The notes under the pieces: generated by a model
Told to the model about the DNA's origin: nothing
What the model saw: the letters and a program-made list of their open reading frames with translations, nothing else
Database searches by the model: none
Source: Utricularia gibba
Lineage: Eukaryota; Plantae; Magnoliophyta
Assembly (NCBI GenBank): GCA_002189035.1
Contig: NEEC01000009.1
Coordinates: forward strand, 186,001 to 250,000
DNA length: 64,000 nucleotides
Direction: 5' to 3'
Shown here: in pieces, positions 39,469 through 52,620 of the stretch
Position numbering within the stretch: the first letter of the stretch is position 1
Layout of the letters: every line of letters begins with the position of its first letter
Position numbers and translations under genes: made by a program

Positions 39469-41284
39469 ATGTCTATTGTTTTCCGGATGTTGACGTTTGA
39501 GAAACTACGTGTCCGCTTCTCAATTCCCGACGGTTACACGATGTGGGATAAACAGTCGGGCGAAATGTCCGACGGCGAACCGCCATCCAGAGTTGGCGGT
39601 TCGGGATTCGTTGTTAGCACCGAGCACTTTCGGTGTGGATTGCGACTCCCCCCGCCCCATTTCTTGGTGCAAATAGTTGCTGCACTCCAGATCCCACTCT
39701 CCCACCTCACATCGCGTTCTGTGGCACACGTTCTCGCATTTCTGCAGATCTGTGAAGAGGAGGACATACCCCCGGAAATGCGTGTCTTCTTTGCGTTTTC
39801 TGTTTGTGTCCAACGCAAGGGGAGTCCGCACTACTCGCTTCATGGAAAACTTGGTGTGGTACTGGTAACAGACGTGAGAAGCGCATATGATGATTGGTGG
39901 ACTAGTTTTGTATGGGTATGCCCACCCACCGTTGCAGAATGGCCAACAACGTTGACAGTGTCAGAGAATGTGGGACACCCATCAGGTAATCATAAACAAT
40001 TACTTCGGATATTCACAGGTCTTGTTGAACAGTACTCATGTTTTTTTGCTGTTTGCGTTGTAGGCATAGAGGTATTGCCAAAACGTGCGGCAAGGAGGTT
40101 TGTGAATTTATTCTCTTGCAGAACAAAGTCCTTGGAGGACGTCTTGCCCCCCTTCATCAATGCCCCTAGGACACAACATCTGTGGTGCGGAACCCCTCGA
40201 CACCGTAGACAACGTAGGAGTACAAATGATGATCTTGAGGAGGTGACCCATGAAGAGGATGAAGATGTGCAGCCAGAAGTCGGGGTAACACGGAGGGGCC
40301 AACACCGATTTTGACACACGACGACGGGTGCGGTGCTGCCACTGCAAAGTATATCCAAATGGACAGACTGTATGCAGAGAATCTTGATCTATGTGGTGGC
40401 TTGCATGGTATGAAGCAAGGTGGCCATACGGTGGCCCCATCACGGAAGTTGATTGTATTTGACGTGAATGGCGTACGTGCGGACATTGTGTATCCTCGCG
40501 AAGTCAGATGGGGAGCGCCGAAGCTGGATGCCGTCATTTACAGGCGAAACGTTATTGCAATGTCATTGATATGCATTTAATATTTGGTGCATGTGTCAGC
40601 ACTATTTCTTGTGTATCTTCGACCAGGTGCACGTGAGTTGATACAGTTTTGCATGGAACACTTTGAAGTCGCCATCTGGTCTTCAAGAGGGCGGTAAGAC
40701 TGATCACCTAGCAGACAAGGGGGCCGCATTCCTGCTGAAATTTTTTTTTTCTGACGACATGTGGCAGTGAACAATTGCACAATGTGATTCAGTGGTTACT
40801 AGGGACTGCAGCAGCCAGCAAGCTCGTCTTCCAATGGGATGGATCCAGGTGTGTGGACACCGGCTATCCGGTGCACGACAATAGGAACAACACAATTAAG
40901 CTTAAGCTTTTGAATCATGTATGGGGCGCCAACCAAGAGTTCAAGGGCAAATATCACCGTCTTAATACGCTTCTCATCGATGAGGCGCCGTACAAATCAC
41001 TACACAATCCGGTGAGTTTCTGGTTGTGCTCATTCTCCACCATCTGGCATCCTATTTCACTTGTTTAGTTTCATTCGACAGCCCGAAAATGCCATATTCC
41101 CAACCACCTTCAAGTACACCGCGGTCAATGATTGTTCGCTGGTTCAAGGGGAGATATTAGGACGTTCCTGGAAGCTCTCATTGACCAAATGGATGTACCC
41201 ACGCATGTCGATCGCCGTCGGGTAGGTCAACGTCCAATAGACGAGGAACACCCATTGTGGAAGCATTACAAGACTCTTGTGTAA
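39469..41284 (+). pseudogene. Third gene of element C: Transposase_28-like domain fused to an FCP1/NIF-type HAD phosphatase domain (5 exons, disrupted)
   Basis: Exon 1 EKLRVRFSIP...GLRLPPPHFLVQIVAALQIPLSHLTSRSVAHVLAFLQIC...WWTSFVWV. Later exons KLIVFDVNGV, VYLRPGARELIQFCMEHFEVAIWSS, FQWDGSRCVDTG, NTLLIDEAPYKSLHNP, AIFP...GDIRTFLEAL...GQRPIDEEHPLWKHY. Frameshifts near 40310 and 41140. Confidence 0.85.
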
Positions 41285-41678
41285 TCGACGGTGCACCTTT
41301 GAAATTGCATGGATCTTGCGTGAACTATCCTATGCTGACCTTGTTAGTTTTTTATCGACAACTTATCGTAATGGTGCTAGTCTCTGGATTTGAAACCTTG
41401 TGTCTAGGCGTGGTGCTTTGTAATATGCAGCACCAATGCGGTGCTAGTCCATCACTTCTCGATAGCACCGCTGTGAATGTGGCGGTAGTTGCAGTCCAAT
41501 GTTTGCGGAAAGGTGCTCAAGAACGAAACACCACACTTGTTCATACGCGGTTCTTCCACATACGCACTCAGAACATTGTCTACCCTTTGCAGTGCTCATG
41601 CCAGTATAAAGGATGAATAGAAGATGAAATACACATAGTCCATGAGTCTAACATAAGGCGGAGCACCACACAACATAT

Positions 41679-42648
41679 TTAAGATCTACGTTCTGATGCT
41701 AAACCATGCACAATAAGCTCTCTTTCACAGTCACTGGAGGCAAGGAAGTAGCGCAACCTCGCAGGGTTGGAACTAATTGTCTCTGCTATGGTAAAACGTT
41801 CGATGGCAGTTAATTGCACCGACATACCTCTAATGATCTCCCCTGCCTGACGCTGATTATCCACCAACTCCCACGCTTGCTACACCACTGTTAATCCCAA
41901 ATGACGTAGCTCTTCGTATGTGCGCACGTTAAGCTCCTTCATTTCTTTGATGAACTGCACATCATCGTCGATTCCCCTCGGTCCCTTGCCGCTACGTCCA
42001 GTCCGCCGTGACGAGTCGCTGCTGTTGTGTGACTCGGAGTCCCTACTAGGTGTGACGTTCACACCCTCCGCAGTGCAACCAATTGGGTCACAAGGTGTGT
42101 CAGCATACGAGAAGTTCATATCGGTCCAGTGCTATCCGGGTCCAGAGGGCAATCCGAAGATACTTCCAGATTCTCCCCAACATCTTCCATGAATTTCCTC
42201 TTCCTGGTCGCGTGAACATAGCTCATCGTTTTTTCTCCTGTAGCCCGATCCTTTCCAAAGATTTCCTGCCACTCCATGTAATACGGCCACGCTTTGTGTT
42301 TTAGGGCGTACGTACCTGATCAATCTCCTTCCAAACCTCATTGTCTGCGTCTACGGTGTAGGTCAGCTCACTGAAACCGGTGCCCGACCTAGATAAAAAA
42401 TCTACAAGGAGGTAGTAGTCTTTTTTCCAGGTAGATATATGCGGGTGTGCGCGAATGTCGGTTATAGGGCAGAGTTTCAAGAACTCTGTCTCTAACGCTC
42501 GGTGATACCCACCCCTAAAACCATTCTCAATTTTCCAGCCTTCTTTCACTATCTGTTTCAAAGCGTGCAACAAGTCTTTCTCCTCATCTGGCTTCCAGGC
42601 GCGTTTCGTTCTCTTGTGAGAGTCTTCCACCACGATTGGGCTGTGCAT
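41679..42648 (-). pseudogene. Myb/SANT-like ORF1 of element C (Myb_DNA-bind_3 type), disrupted
   Basis: KRAWKPDEEKDLLHAL..GWKIENGFRGGY...WKKDY; exon 2 EWQEIFGKDRATGE. Frameshift near 42125 and premature TAG at 41880. Confidence 0.9.
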
Positions 42649-43660
42649 ACCTGCAATCTGTGCTGGAGGAAAGAAAACAGCAAGAAAAAAGCACCTACAT
42701 CGAGCACTTACCACAAGTAAACCGTAAAATTCACTCAAAATTCAACGGATTTCGAACGACAAACTCTGCGCAAAAAAGGGAGTATAAAAATGGACATAAC
42801 CCATGGCTGTTCACTCTCAATTACTTGTGAAATCGAGAGATCTCGTCGACCGGCAGTACCGCGACAACCGAGTGTGAAAGTCGGTGAACGCATTGGGAAA
42901 ACTAATGGTAATAAAGAGGGATATGTCTGATTGGTAAAGTCGGTGTGGAAGGCGGTAGATGAGTGTGAAAGGCTATATTGGTAAATTCTCATGAAAATTA
43001 TGCATAACCCCAATTTTATACTCACCAACCAAACGTGGGTTCATTTAAACCCAAATAATGTAAACCCATCAACCAAACACGATTCCTAAACCTAAACCCA
43101 CAAAACCGGGTTTACTAAATCCAAATAAACTAAACCCAGCAACCAAACGCACCCTAAGTATTTAAACTAAACCCACCATGTACATGAGTTTAAAATAAAC
43201 CAGCCTCTTGTATTTTTGTATAGACTATTTTACCCTCATATTTTTTATGTATTCGCTATTTTACCGTCACCCCCCCCCCCCCCAATCTAAATTTTTGTTA
43301 GCCCTAATTCAAATCCAACTGTTTTTTTAAAACAGAAACTCGGATTTTTTGGTAACCTTACACAAATCTAGTGTGATAAAATGAAAACATAGATTGTCAA
43401 AACAAACAAAAGATGATAGAAGTAGAAAAGTTGATGAATAAAAAAAGATGAAATTAAAATGAAATTAAAGGGTATAATAGTTAATTCATCATTTTTATAC
43501 AATTACATTTATCTATCAAACATGTTAAATTATAAACTACAGTTTAAATAAACTTCCTTACCAAATGGGTTTTAATTTTAATCGGTACAAAATTAAACAC
43601 GTAAATTAAACCTTAGTAATTTAAACCCTAGTGATCCATCTAATCCTACCAAACGCACTC

Positions 43661-46600
43661 TAAGAGGATTAAAGCTATAAACCACTTTAAATAGAGATAA
43701 CCTAATAGTGATTTGCACTGTTCGATTGTAAAAAAATTCAACAAGTGGCAAACATTCCTCTCATATCTTAAGATTAGATTTGATCATAATCCTAAGTAAG
43801 GTAGAAAGTACAAGATTTGTTACCTCAGTTTGTCCATTAATTTGAGGATGACAAGTTGTTAAGTATAAGAGTTTAGTGCCAAGTTTACTTCAAATGATTC
43901 TCCAAAAGTGACTGAGAAATCTTACATCATGATCAGAAACGATTGTGAGCGGCATTCCACGAAGTCTATAAACTTTTCTGAAAAAGAGATCAGCGACATG
44001 AGACGCATCATCAATTTTGTAATAGCAATAAATTGTGCGATCTTTGAAAACTTGTCCACAACAAAAATCAAGTCTCTATCCCTTTGGGAAGGTAGTCTAA
44101 AGTACATAGAAATGTAAACCCATGGTTAGAAAGGAATTGGAAGTGGAGTAAACAAAACATAAGGGGCAATGGTTGATTTAGCCTTCCTACAAGAAATACA
44201 TTTATCACAAACTCGTTCAACATCCTTTCTCATGTGTGATCAAAAGAAATGTTGGATGAGAGTATCAAGAATCCATTTAACATCAAAATGTCCCATTAAT
44301 CCACTACCATGAGCTTTCCTAACAATCAAATTATGTATGGAGTAAGAAGGAATGCACATATTATGTTTCCTATAAAGAAAGTCATCTTTCCTAAAGAATA
44401 GTCCATACCGAGCAAGTTCATATGCCTTATAAATGTCTCCAAAATTGTGATCATGATCATATAAGTCAATAATGAAAGCAAATTGAAGAATTCTTGCATC
44501 AAGATTGGCTAAAAAAATATACTTTCAAGATAAAACATCAACAATAACATTCTTTTTACCTTTCTTATATTTGATCACATATGGGAATGCATCAATGAAT
44601 TCCATCCACTTAGCATGTCTTCTATTTAGCTTTTCTTGACCTTTGAAATATTTGAGAGACTCATGATCAGTGTGCATCACGAAATCCTTAGGCCACAAGT
44701 AGTGCTGTCATGTCTCCAAAGCTCTAATTAATGCATATAACTCCATGTCATACGTTGGATAGTTGCAGGTGGCACCATGAAGCTTCTCATTAAAATAAGC
44801 GAGTGGATGCCCATTTTGCATCAATATAACACCAATGCCTAAAGTTGATGCATCACATTGAATTTCAAAAATATCAGAAAAATTTGGAAAAGATAGGAAA
44901 GATGTTGAACAAAGTTTATCCTTGAGTTATTTGAAGGCATGTTCTTGCTTGTCTTCCCCAATCAAATGTGTGATTTTTCTTAATTAATTGAGTGAGGGGT
45001 GCTGCTATGGTGATGAAATTCTTAACTAACCGTCTATAAAAACTTGCTAAGCCATAGAACCTCCTAACTTCACTAAAGGTGTTGGCCATTCCCTAATTAC
45101 TTGCACTTTTTCTTTACCTACACATAGTACTCCATTACTAACAACATATCCAAGAAAAGAGACATTATTCGTGCAAAAGTCTCACTTCTTAATGTTAGCA
45201 AATAACTTCTCTTTCCTAATAGTATCTAACACATTCTTCAAATGACACATATGTCCCTTAACACATTTGCTATAGATAAAAATATCATCAAAATAAATAA
45301 CCACGAATCTACCTAGAAAAGGCCTCACAATGTGATTCATCAATCTTATAAAAGTGCTAGGAGCATTAGTCAATCTAACAGGCATAACAATCTAATCATA
45401 GAAATCAAATGTAGTTTCAAAAGTAGTTTTCCTTTCATCACCTTCGTTCATTTCGTTTGATGATATCCACTTCTCAAATTAATCTTAGTAAAAACACAAG
45501 CATCATGCAATTCATCAAACATATTTTCAAGTCTACGGATTGGATGTCTATACTTGATAGTGATGTTGTTGATGACCCAACATCAGTGAACATATGCCAA
45601 GTTCCATTAGATTTTGGAATCAATAAAACTGGCGTAGAGCAAGGGCTCATGCTTTTTCGAACAAATCCTTTCGACATCAATTCCTCAACTTGCATTTGTA
45701 TTTCCTTCGTTTCTTCTGAATTGGCACGATATGCTGGTCAGTTGGGGAGTTGTGCTCTAGGCGCAAGATCACTTTGATGCTCAATCCCTCTAATGGGAGG
45801 TAATCCCTGAAGTTCTTTTGGAAATACATCTTGATATACCTGTAAAAGAGACACAACACAATATGGAATGAGTTGAACATTGTTATGAGATGCAGAAACT
45901 TCATCCTTATACATAAGTAGAAGGAATGATTGTTTAATATAAAAGGAGTGTCTAATCTCACTTGGTCTAACTAAGAGAGTCTCATTTTTTTTCTCTTAAA
46001 TTATATCACTATTATGTTTCTATTTTCTTTTTTGCACTCATTCTCACCATTTTTTTCCACTCAATTCCTTCCCACATCTTGTTTTCTCTCCATCTTTTCA
46101 AATCTTTTTTTCATTTTTTTTTCTCTCCACTCTCTTTTTCCTTTTCTCCACTCATATCTCCTCCCTCAACATGACCTTCATATGCTAGAGATAATGGAGC
46201 AAGTGTGATTGAGCGTACATTATGTCTAAAAGAATACTTGTTCTTAAAGCCATCATGAAATGCTCTTCTATCATATTCTCATGGCCTCCCAAAAAGAATA
46301 TGACTAACATGTATAAGTACAACATCACATAGTACTTCATCCTCATATCTTCCGATGAAAAATTTCACAAGGATTTGTTTGGTAAACTTTACCTCACTTC
46401 CTTCATTGAACCACTGTAAATTGTAAGGCTTAGAGTGTCTCAATTTTGGTAGTTGCAATTTCTCCACCAAGATGTTAGCAACATTACTACAACTACATTA
46501 ATCAATAATCAAGCTACAAACCTTATCATTCAAAAAGCAGCGTGTCTGAAATAAGTTATCTCTGTGTTCATTATTATTCTTAACTACAATGCTAAGTGTC

Positions 46601-48687
46601 CTTTGTGTGACTAAGACTTCACCAGAAATAGATATTTCATCCTTATCACTCAATTAAGTCTCTACCTCCATAAAATCATCATCATTTTCACTAACCACTT
46701 CTCCATTGCTTCTGATCAACATAGCTCCTTTATTTGGACATTCAAAAGCAATATGTCCACGTCACAAACATTTGAAATGTTTTATGTTCCTTGTAATGCC
46801 CTTTGGAAGTGTTATTCACTCCCATTGCTTTAAACTTGATGGGATGTTGAATTCGGAATGTTCCATGGATGACTTTCCTTTTGTTCTCTCCTGCATCTCC
46901 TTCGTGCCTCCAAATTTCGAATTAGGATCTTTCTTGTTGAAATCTCTAGCAAAGCTCTTATTTGAGAGTTATTTCTCAACTTTAGTTGTCATATTAATCA
47001 TGTCTTCCATTTCAATGTAATGTTGAAGCTCCACAGTATTTGCAATCTCCTCATTCATCTCATGAAAGAATCTATCTATAGTTGCTTCTCTATCTTCACC
47101 AACATTGGCTCTAATCATCTCTATTTCTTACCAATATTTTTCTATTGAACTAGAACTCTGTTTGAAATTTTGTAATCTTTGATAAACTTCTCTTTGGTAA
47201 TGGCTTTGCACAAATCATTTCTTTATAATTTTCTTTATCTCAGCCCAAGTATCAATTGTTTTCTCAAAGACACTCTTTCCTTTAGTCACCAATTGATCCC
47301 ACCAAATTACAATATAATCAGTGAATTTCATGGAAGCCAATTTGATTTTCTTTCCTTCAGGGAAGTTGTTGCAATCAAAGACATGTTGCACTCGAGTTTT
47401 CCATTGTAGATAAGCATCTAGATTATTTTTTCTTGAAATTCAGGTATTTTTATCTTGATGTTATTAACATCCTTTCCATTTCTTCCTTCCTCTGTCTTAC
47501 CTGCTTGGTCTTGAAATCTTCTTTTATCACCAAGGGCATTGTCATTTTCATCACATTCAAGATACTCATCTTCTTCATCATCATTTAGGATTCTATCTCT
47601 TCTTCTAATGCTACTTTCACTCTGCTGATCACTTCAGTATAGTTGTATTGAGACATTCGCACAACACGACCCCTTCCATATGGATGATTATTTCGTAAAC
47701 CTTGGGTTCTTCCAACATTTTGAAGAGAATATTTGTACTTAGTCTGATATTGATATTTTCTAAAACACAATGCAATCTTGAAAATTCTTGTTGCATAGTT
47801 CTCAAAGTGAACTTTTCATCCAGTGAGTCATCTATCTCATGCTTATTTTTTTAATTTGACATCCTAAAAGCAAGAGAAAAAAACAAGCAAAAAAGATGCA
47901 AAGAAAATAAAGTGATAGAACAAAGAAACACATACGATTTTTACCACTCAATCCTCAAGATTCAAGTCCTTTTTGTACTCTTTAACATTATTATGCTTGA
48001 TCTCATGGCATCCCAACAATTAATCACTTCCAAATTGGTATTGGTTATGGTGTTATGATGGGATTAGGTGAGGATAGCAGTGTTAATTGAGTCAAGATTG
48101 AGACAAGGGAGAGTGCTTGAATTAAGTTGATTGCTTGTTTAAGTAGATGAATAGGAGATATGGACAATAAACTAAAGAGAATATGAATTAGATTAATGGG
48201 TACTAAACTCAAAATATGTTGCTTTTGAGATTATAGAAATAGAGGAATGGGCAATAAACAAAGATAATAGTCAACGAGAATGATAAGGACAAGTAAATGA
48301 CAGTGAATGAGGATTGAAACTAAGAAAACAAAAAAAAAGAGGTTGCTTGATAGAATGAGGTGAAGTAGAGCGATAGACAATAAATAAATAAGGTTCAATA
48401 ATTGATGATTGTAACAAGTAATATGTGTTTACCTTCACACTCCTCTTCCACACCCTTGAAGTTAATATTCAAGGTGTTCTTGCTATTCAATTGAAACTGA
48501 ATTTCGAGCTCTTCCTCAATCAACTTCCTTTGCACTCTTTTTTTTGTCTTACAAAGCCTAAAATGTGAAGAAGGTTGTGGTTGTCCTTGGTTTCTTTTTC
48601 TTCTTTTTTAAAAGAAGCAGAAAGAGAAGAACTAAAAGGAGCACAAAATAATCATAAAGAGAAGAAACACAAATCTATGATACTAAA
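43661..48687 (-). mobile_element. Decayed Ty3/gypsy internal region (CRM-like): gag, zinc knuckle, PR, RT, RH, INT
   Basis: FKCL*RGHIAFECPNK (about 46750), CSLIID* (about 46500), KPYNLQWFNE, PCSTPVLLIPK, LTNAPSTF, VIYFDD, CDAS, VVDKFSK, KVVYSFNPL. Domain order is Ty3; many stops. The CRM call rests on recalled protease-region motifs. Confidence 0.9.
48674..48685 (-). promoter_or_regulatory. Degenerate tRNA-iMet primer binding site
   Basis: Plus strand tctatgatacta vs canonical gctctgatacca, 2 nt from the LTR edge. Confidence 0.65.
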
Positions 48688-49494
48688 TGATGTTACCTTC
48701 CAATTTAAATTTATTAGAAACCCACGAACATGAGGTGATTTTGATAGTTAAAAAGTAATCCGTCAAAGTCTATCCCCAAGAGAATAAATCTCTTGTAACC
48801 AGACTATGAAAGAAAAAAAAATTAGAAGCCACACTTCAAAAAAAGAAGGATTGGAAGCGATAATCCTTAAACATCACAAGCTCTAAAGATTGATAAGTTA
48901 AGAGTGTTCAAGCATTCAAAAAAGAGAAAATTCCTCACAAGATTTATGAAATGAACTAAAACAACTACAAAAGTGCATGTCTAGAATATTTATACTTTAG
49001 AATGGAGCTCTAACATTACTAAGCACAAAGTAAATAAAAAACCAAACCTAACAAGTCCAATAACAATTAGGATCTAAGGTATATCCAATTTCAAGTATTT
49101 GAACTCCTATGATGACAAGTTATCAAGTCTAAGTTTGATTTTAAAAATATTGAGTAAAGATTTGAGTGTAGCTTCAACCATCCTACTCTGACTTCTTGTC
49201 ATTGATTCTAGTAGAATGATCTTACTATCCAAAGTGTTTACTTGTGCAACATTCTTATTATTCTTCAAATACTTTTCACATCATCTTACTGGGTTCATCA
49301 TTGGTAATCTTGATTAAATTTATTTAGATTTAAACTTATACAAGCTTTGGTACAAAATGGTGGTTTTAGAGTTTTTTTGTTTGGATTTAAAGTCATGAGA
49401 CATTGATACGTAAATTTAAAAATATTGGATTAGGGTTTTTTATTTAAAATTATCCTTAATGAGTTGATGGTACTTTCTTTGATAGTAAGCATCA
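48688..49494 (-). mobile_element. 5' LTR (807 bp) of the Ty3/gypsy element
   Basis: Begins tgatgttac next to the PBS and ends gtaagcatca; these are inverted termini of the TG...CA type. Confidence 0.72.
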
Positions 49495-50538
49495 TGTAAC
49501 CATCAATGCAATGCTTGGCATATAATTTTTTTTATGTTAATTAATGTGAAAATTACAAAAATAAAACTTTAAGTTTTAATTAGTATAAAGAGTATAACTC
49601 TCAAATTTTGTAATTACAAAAAAGATACCTCAAGTTGTCAAAACTATTCAAGAAAGACCCAAACGGTTTTTTTAGGCCATGAACTAATTCTGATGCTACA
49701 CCTAATAAAATATCATAATAATAATTTTTACATTCACATATGAAGTTTGATGAATCAAAATCACTTGTTAGGGTTATATCATATTTCCATATTATGATTT
49801 TTGAATTTCGGTTAAGTGTAAGATCATAAGAGAAGGAAGAATAGAAATTATAAATATTGTTATAACAATATATTATTAAAATGACATTAGATGTCAAAAC
49901 CGATTAATTTTAGTAACATGGTGGATTAAATATGTAATTATATAAATTTGAAGGTAAATTGTAAAAAATGTAAGTTAAAGGGACTGTGATATAATTTTGA
50001 AACTTGAAAATTAGATTATTTATATTAATTGTGATTTGCAGTGTCACAACAAACTTCACTCGTTAATTAATCATAGGATAAATCCTATTATGTGATGTTT
50101 ATGTTATCATAAATTTAGTTTTGATTAAATAAATGATGAAAATGAATACAAATAATTTTCAAAAATTCTTTTATAATTTGATGTTTAAGAACTTTTTTTC
50201 TTTTTTTTAACTCTCAACGACATATGAAAATTAGTTGGGTTAGGGAGAAACACAGAAATAAAATGGTCATTATAAGTGCGCCGGACCGGACATACGCTTA
50301 TTGGGTCGGACCATGCCTAGGCCCATGATATGGTCTGGCCCATAGCTTTTCCTCATCGTCCCAACAAACGATGAGTAAAAGCCAGTATACAGAAGCTCTC
50401 TGGAAACTCTCATTCGTAGTTTGCAGTGATCAAAGTTCTGGCGTTGGTGGTTGGATTTCGATGAAGCGTTGTCTAAGTTAAACTGAGTGTTGGGATTTCT
50501 CGGTGCTTTCTGTTGCCTTAACTTCTTGTAGGCCAGAA

Positions 50539-52342
50539 ATGGTTTCTTTCGGGAATTTTACCCTTCTATGCAAGGGGTTAGCTGTGGTTTTGATTGTTGG
50601 TCACCTTTTATGTCTTTATTTCCCTCCTGTCGTCAATTATCTTGCTCTCATTCCGCCAAGTACGCTCTCTTTTTCTTTTCTTGAAATTTGATGGAATACT
50701 TGAATTTGGGCCTGGGTATTGCTCATCCGTGTTTTTGTTATTTTAGGTTGTTCGAGATTTTTCTTGTGAAGAATGTTGTTAGTTTATGGAGGAGATAGGT
50801 TCATTTTACTTAATTAATTCTGTAGGGAATGCAGTTTGCAATGCCAAAACCATGTTTTGCAGAATCCATGTTTTCCTTAAATTTTGGGTTGTTAGTTTCA
50901 TGGGTACAATCAAAAGAATCGAGAATGATGGTAGTCTACCAAGGGTGCTTTTTTGGGGTTTTACGTTATTCAGAGGTTAAATTTAGAGTAAAGGACCTTA
51001 AACCTTTTTAATAATACATTGTCTTCGTGGTGTTTCCTTTACATCTTTCCCATTTGTTTGCTTTATTTCAGGACAATTCCTTTTGTTTGGAATCTGATTA
51101 CATCTGCATATTTTGAGCAGACGACGGAGGGAGTATGTGCTTTGCTTGTTTATTACTCTACTTTCATTCACCATTGCCATTCCATTTCTCTTGAATAGAC
51201 ATCATTACGCTTCTGTAGGTGGTGATCAGCACAATTGCACTTCTCTTTACAGGGAAGCTGCTTGATCCTGTATGGGGTTCGAGGGAACTTTTCAGATTCA
51301 TTTTCTTGGTTAACTTCATGACATCAATTTGTGTCTTCATCACTGCCATTTTCTTATATTATGCCTCTGGCCGAGAGTTGTACCTGTGAGTGATGCTGGA
51401 TCTCTTTGCTTTGGATTAGAAGCGCCATGCCCACTACTCTTCATCTTAAGACAAATCTTTGCAGTTATCTACCTATATCTGGTTTCCAAGGAGCCGTCGC
51501 CGGACTTCTAGTAGGCATCAAGCAAACAATGCCTAATAAGGAACTGCCCTTGCTTAGGGTAAAAGCCAAAGTAAGATTCTTGATGGTTTCGGGTGTCATT
51601 GACTAAAACATTTTACAGATGTCATGCGAGAAAACTATCACCTGTATCTCTTTTTTCTCTTCAGCTAACCTCGTTTAACACTCTTGCAGTGGTTGCCTTC
51701 TCTGGCCATTCTAGCATATGTAATTGTAAGTTTTTTCAGAATAACAGAAGCAGCATCCTACATCCCAACGTTTATTTTTGGGGCATACACGGGATGGATA
51801 TACCTCAGGTACTGGCAAAAGAAACCAGAGTTGAAGTTCAGGGGTGATACAAGCGAAGATTTCGCTTTCTCTTCTTTCTTCCCTGCCTTTCTAAGGTATA
51901 TTATTTGCACTTTTTGCAAATCATAAGCCATAATTTGCTGCCTTCTTCATTTCCATTCTGCAATGGAATGCAGACGCATAGTGGATCCCGTTGCCACCGC
52001 TTTCGAGCTGGTCTTCTGTAGAAGGAAAACTGCAATTTCTGATGAAAGTAGAGACATTGCTTCTGGAGATGAAAACTCGGTGTCCAGGTCGCTTACTGCT
52101 GAGGAAGCCCGAAGAAGGTGAGTGTTTTTCAGCAACCCCACAATCACTTGCTGCACATACGTACCAGATAAGCTTTAATCATGGGAGTTGCCATCGCAAC
52201 CTGAAATGCGGAATCTGTAATCCATCTCTTGAATTGGAACAGGGAAAAGGGGCCGCGTGTGCTCCAGGAAAGATTGGCTGCTGAGAGATCACCTGCCAGG
52301 GGGCGACAGACGCACCAAGATGCGATATTAGAGAATGTGTAA
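50539..52342 (+). CDS. Rhomboid-like 19 / TMEM115 (DUF1751) membrane protein
   Basis: FTLLCKGLAVVL, RTIPFVWNLITSAYFE, GKLLDPVWGSRE, GLLVGIKQ, KAK|WLPS, GWIYLRYWQ..PELKFRGD.SEDFAFSSFFP, EEARRR, ends ENV*. An extra upstream exon is possible. Confidence 0.9.
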
Positions 52343-52620
52343 CACCTTGGATGATGGAGCTTGCAGTTCATGATGAACTCGTTTAAGCTTGGTGTGATTC
52401 CCTTGACTCGATTTCCATGCGCAAGAGCAGTAGAATTGAATCACAAATTCGAATTTGTTGGAACTCACCATTTCAGGATTGGCATTAAATCGTCTACATG
52501 AGAGCGAGCGTGATGACACGAGTACAGGGGGTAAGAGCCAACGTCAAGACAGCCATGCCATGCTGTTTCAGCTGCTTCATAAAAAGATAGAATACACGTA
52601 CGAGTCCCACTAGTACGTGT

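Larger units (their letters stand above)
36935..43154 (+). mobile_element. Full-length 6220-bp PIF/Harbinger element C with three genes
   Basis: 25-bp TIRs GGGCGCGTTTGGTTACTGGGTTTAG / GGGTGCGTTTGGTTGCTGGGTTTAG (2 mismatches); TAA TSD at 36932-36934 and 43155-43157. Confidence 0.96.
34536..43660 (+). mobile_element. Harbinger element B (nuclease-only derivative) hosting element C
   Basis: TAA 34533-34535 then AGACTCGTTTGGTATGAT. Right end taccaaacgcactc (43647-43660) then TAA 43661-43663. The ends share subterminal blocks (TTTGGTA.GA.AGTTTATTT, ATTATACCCTT) but the outer TIR bases are degenerate. Confidence 0.7.
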
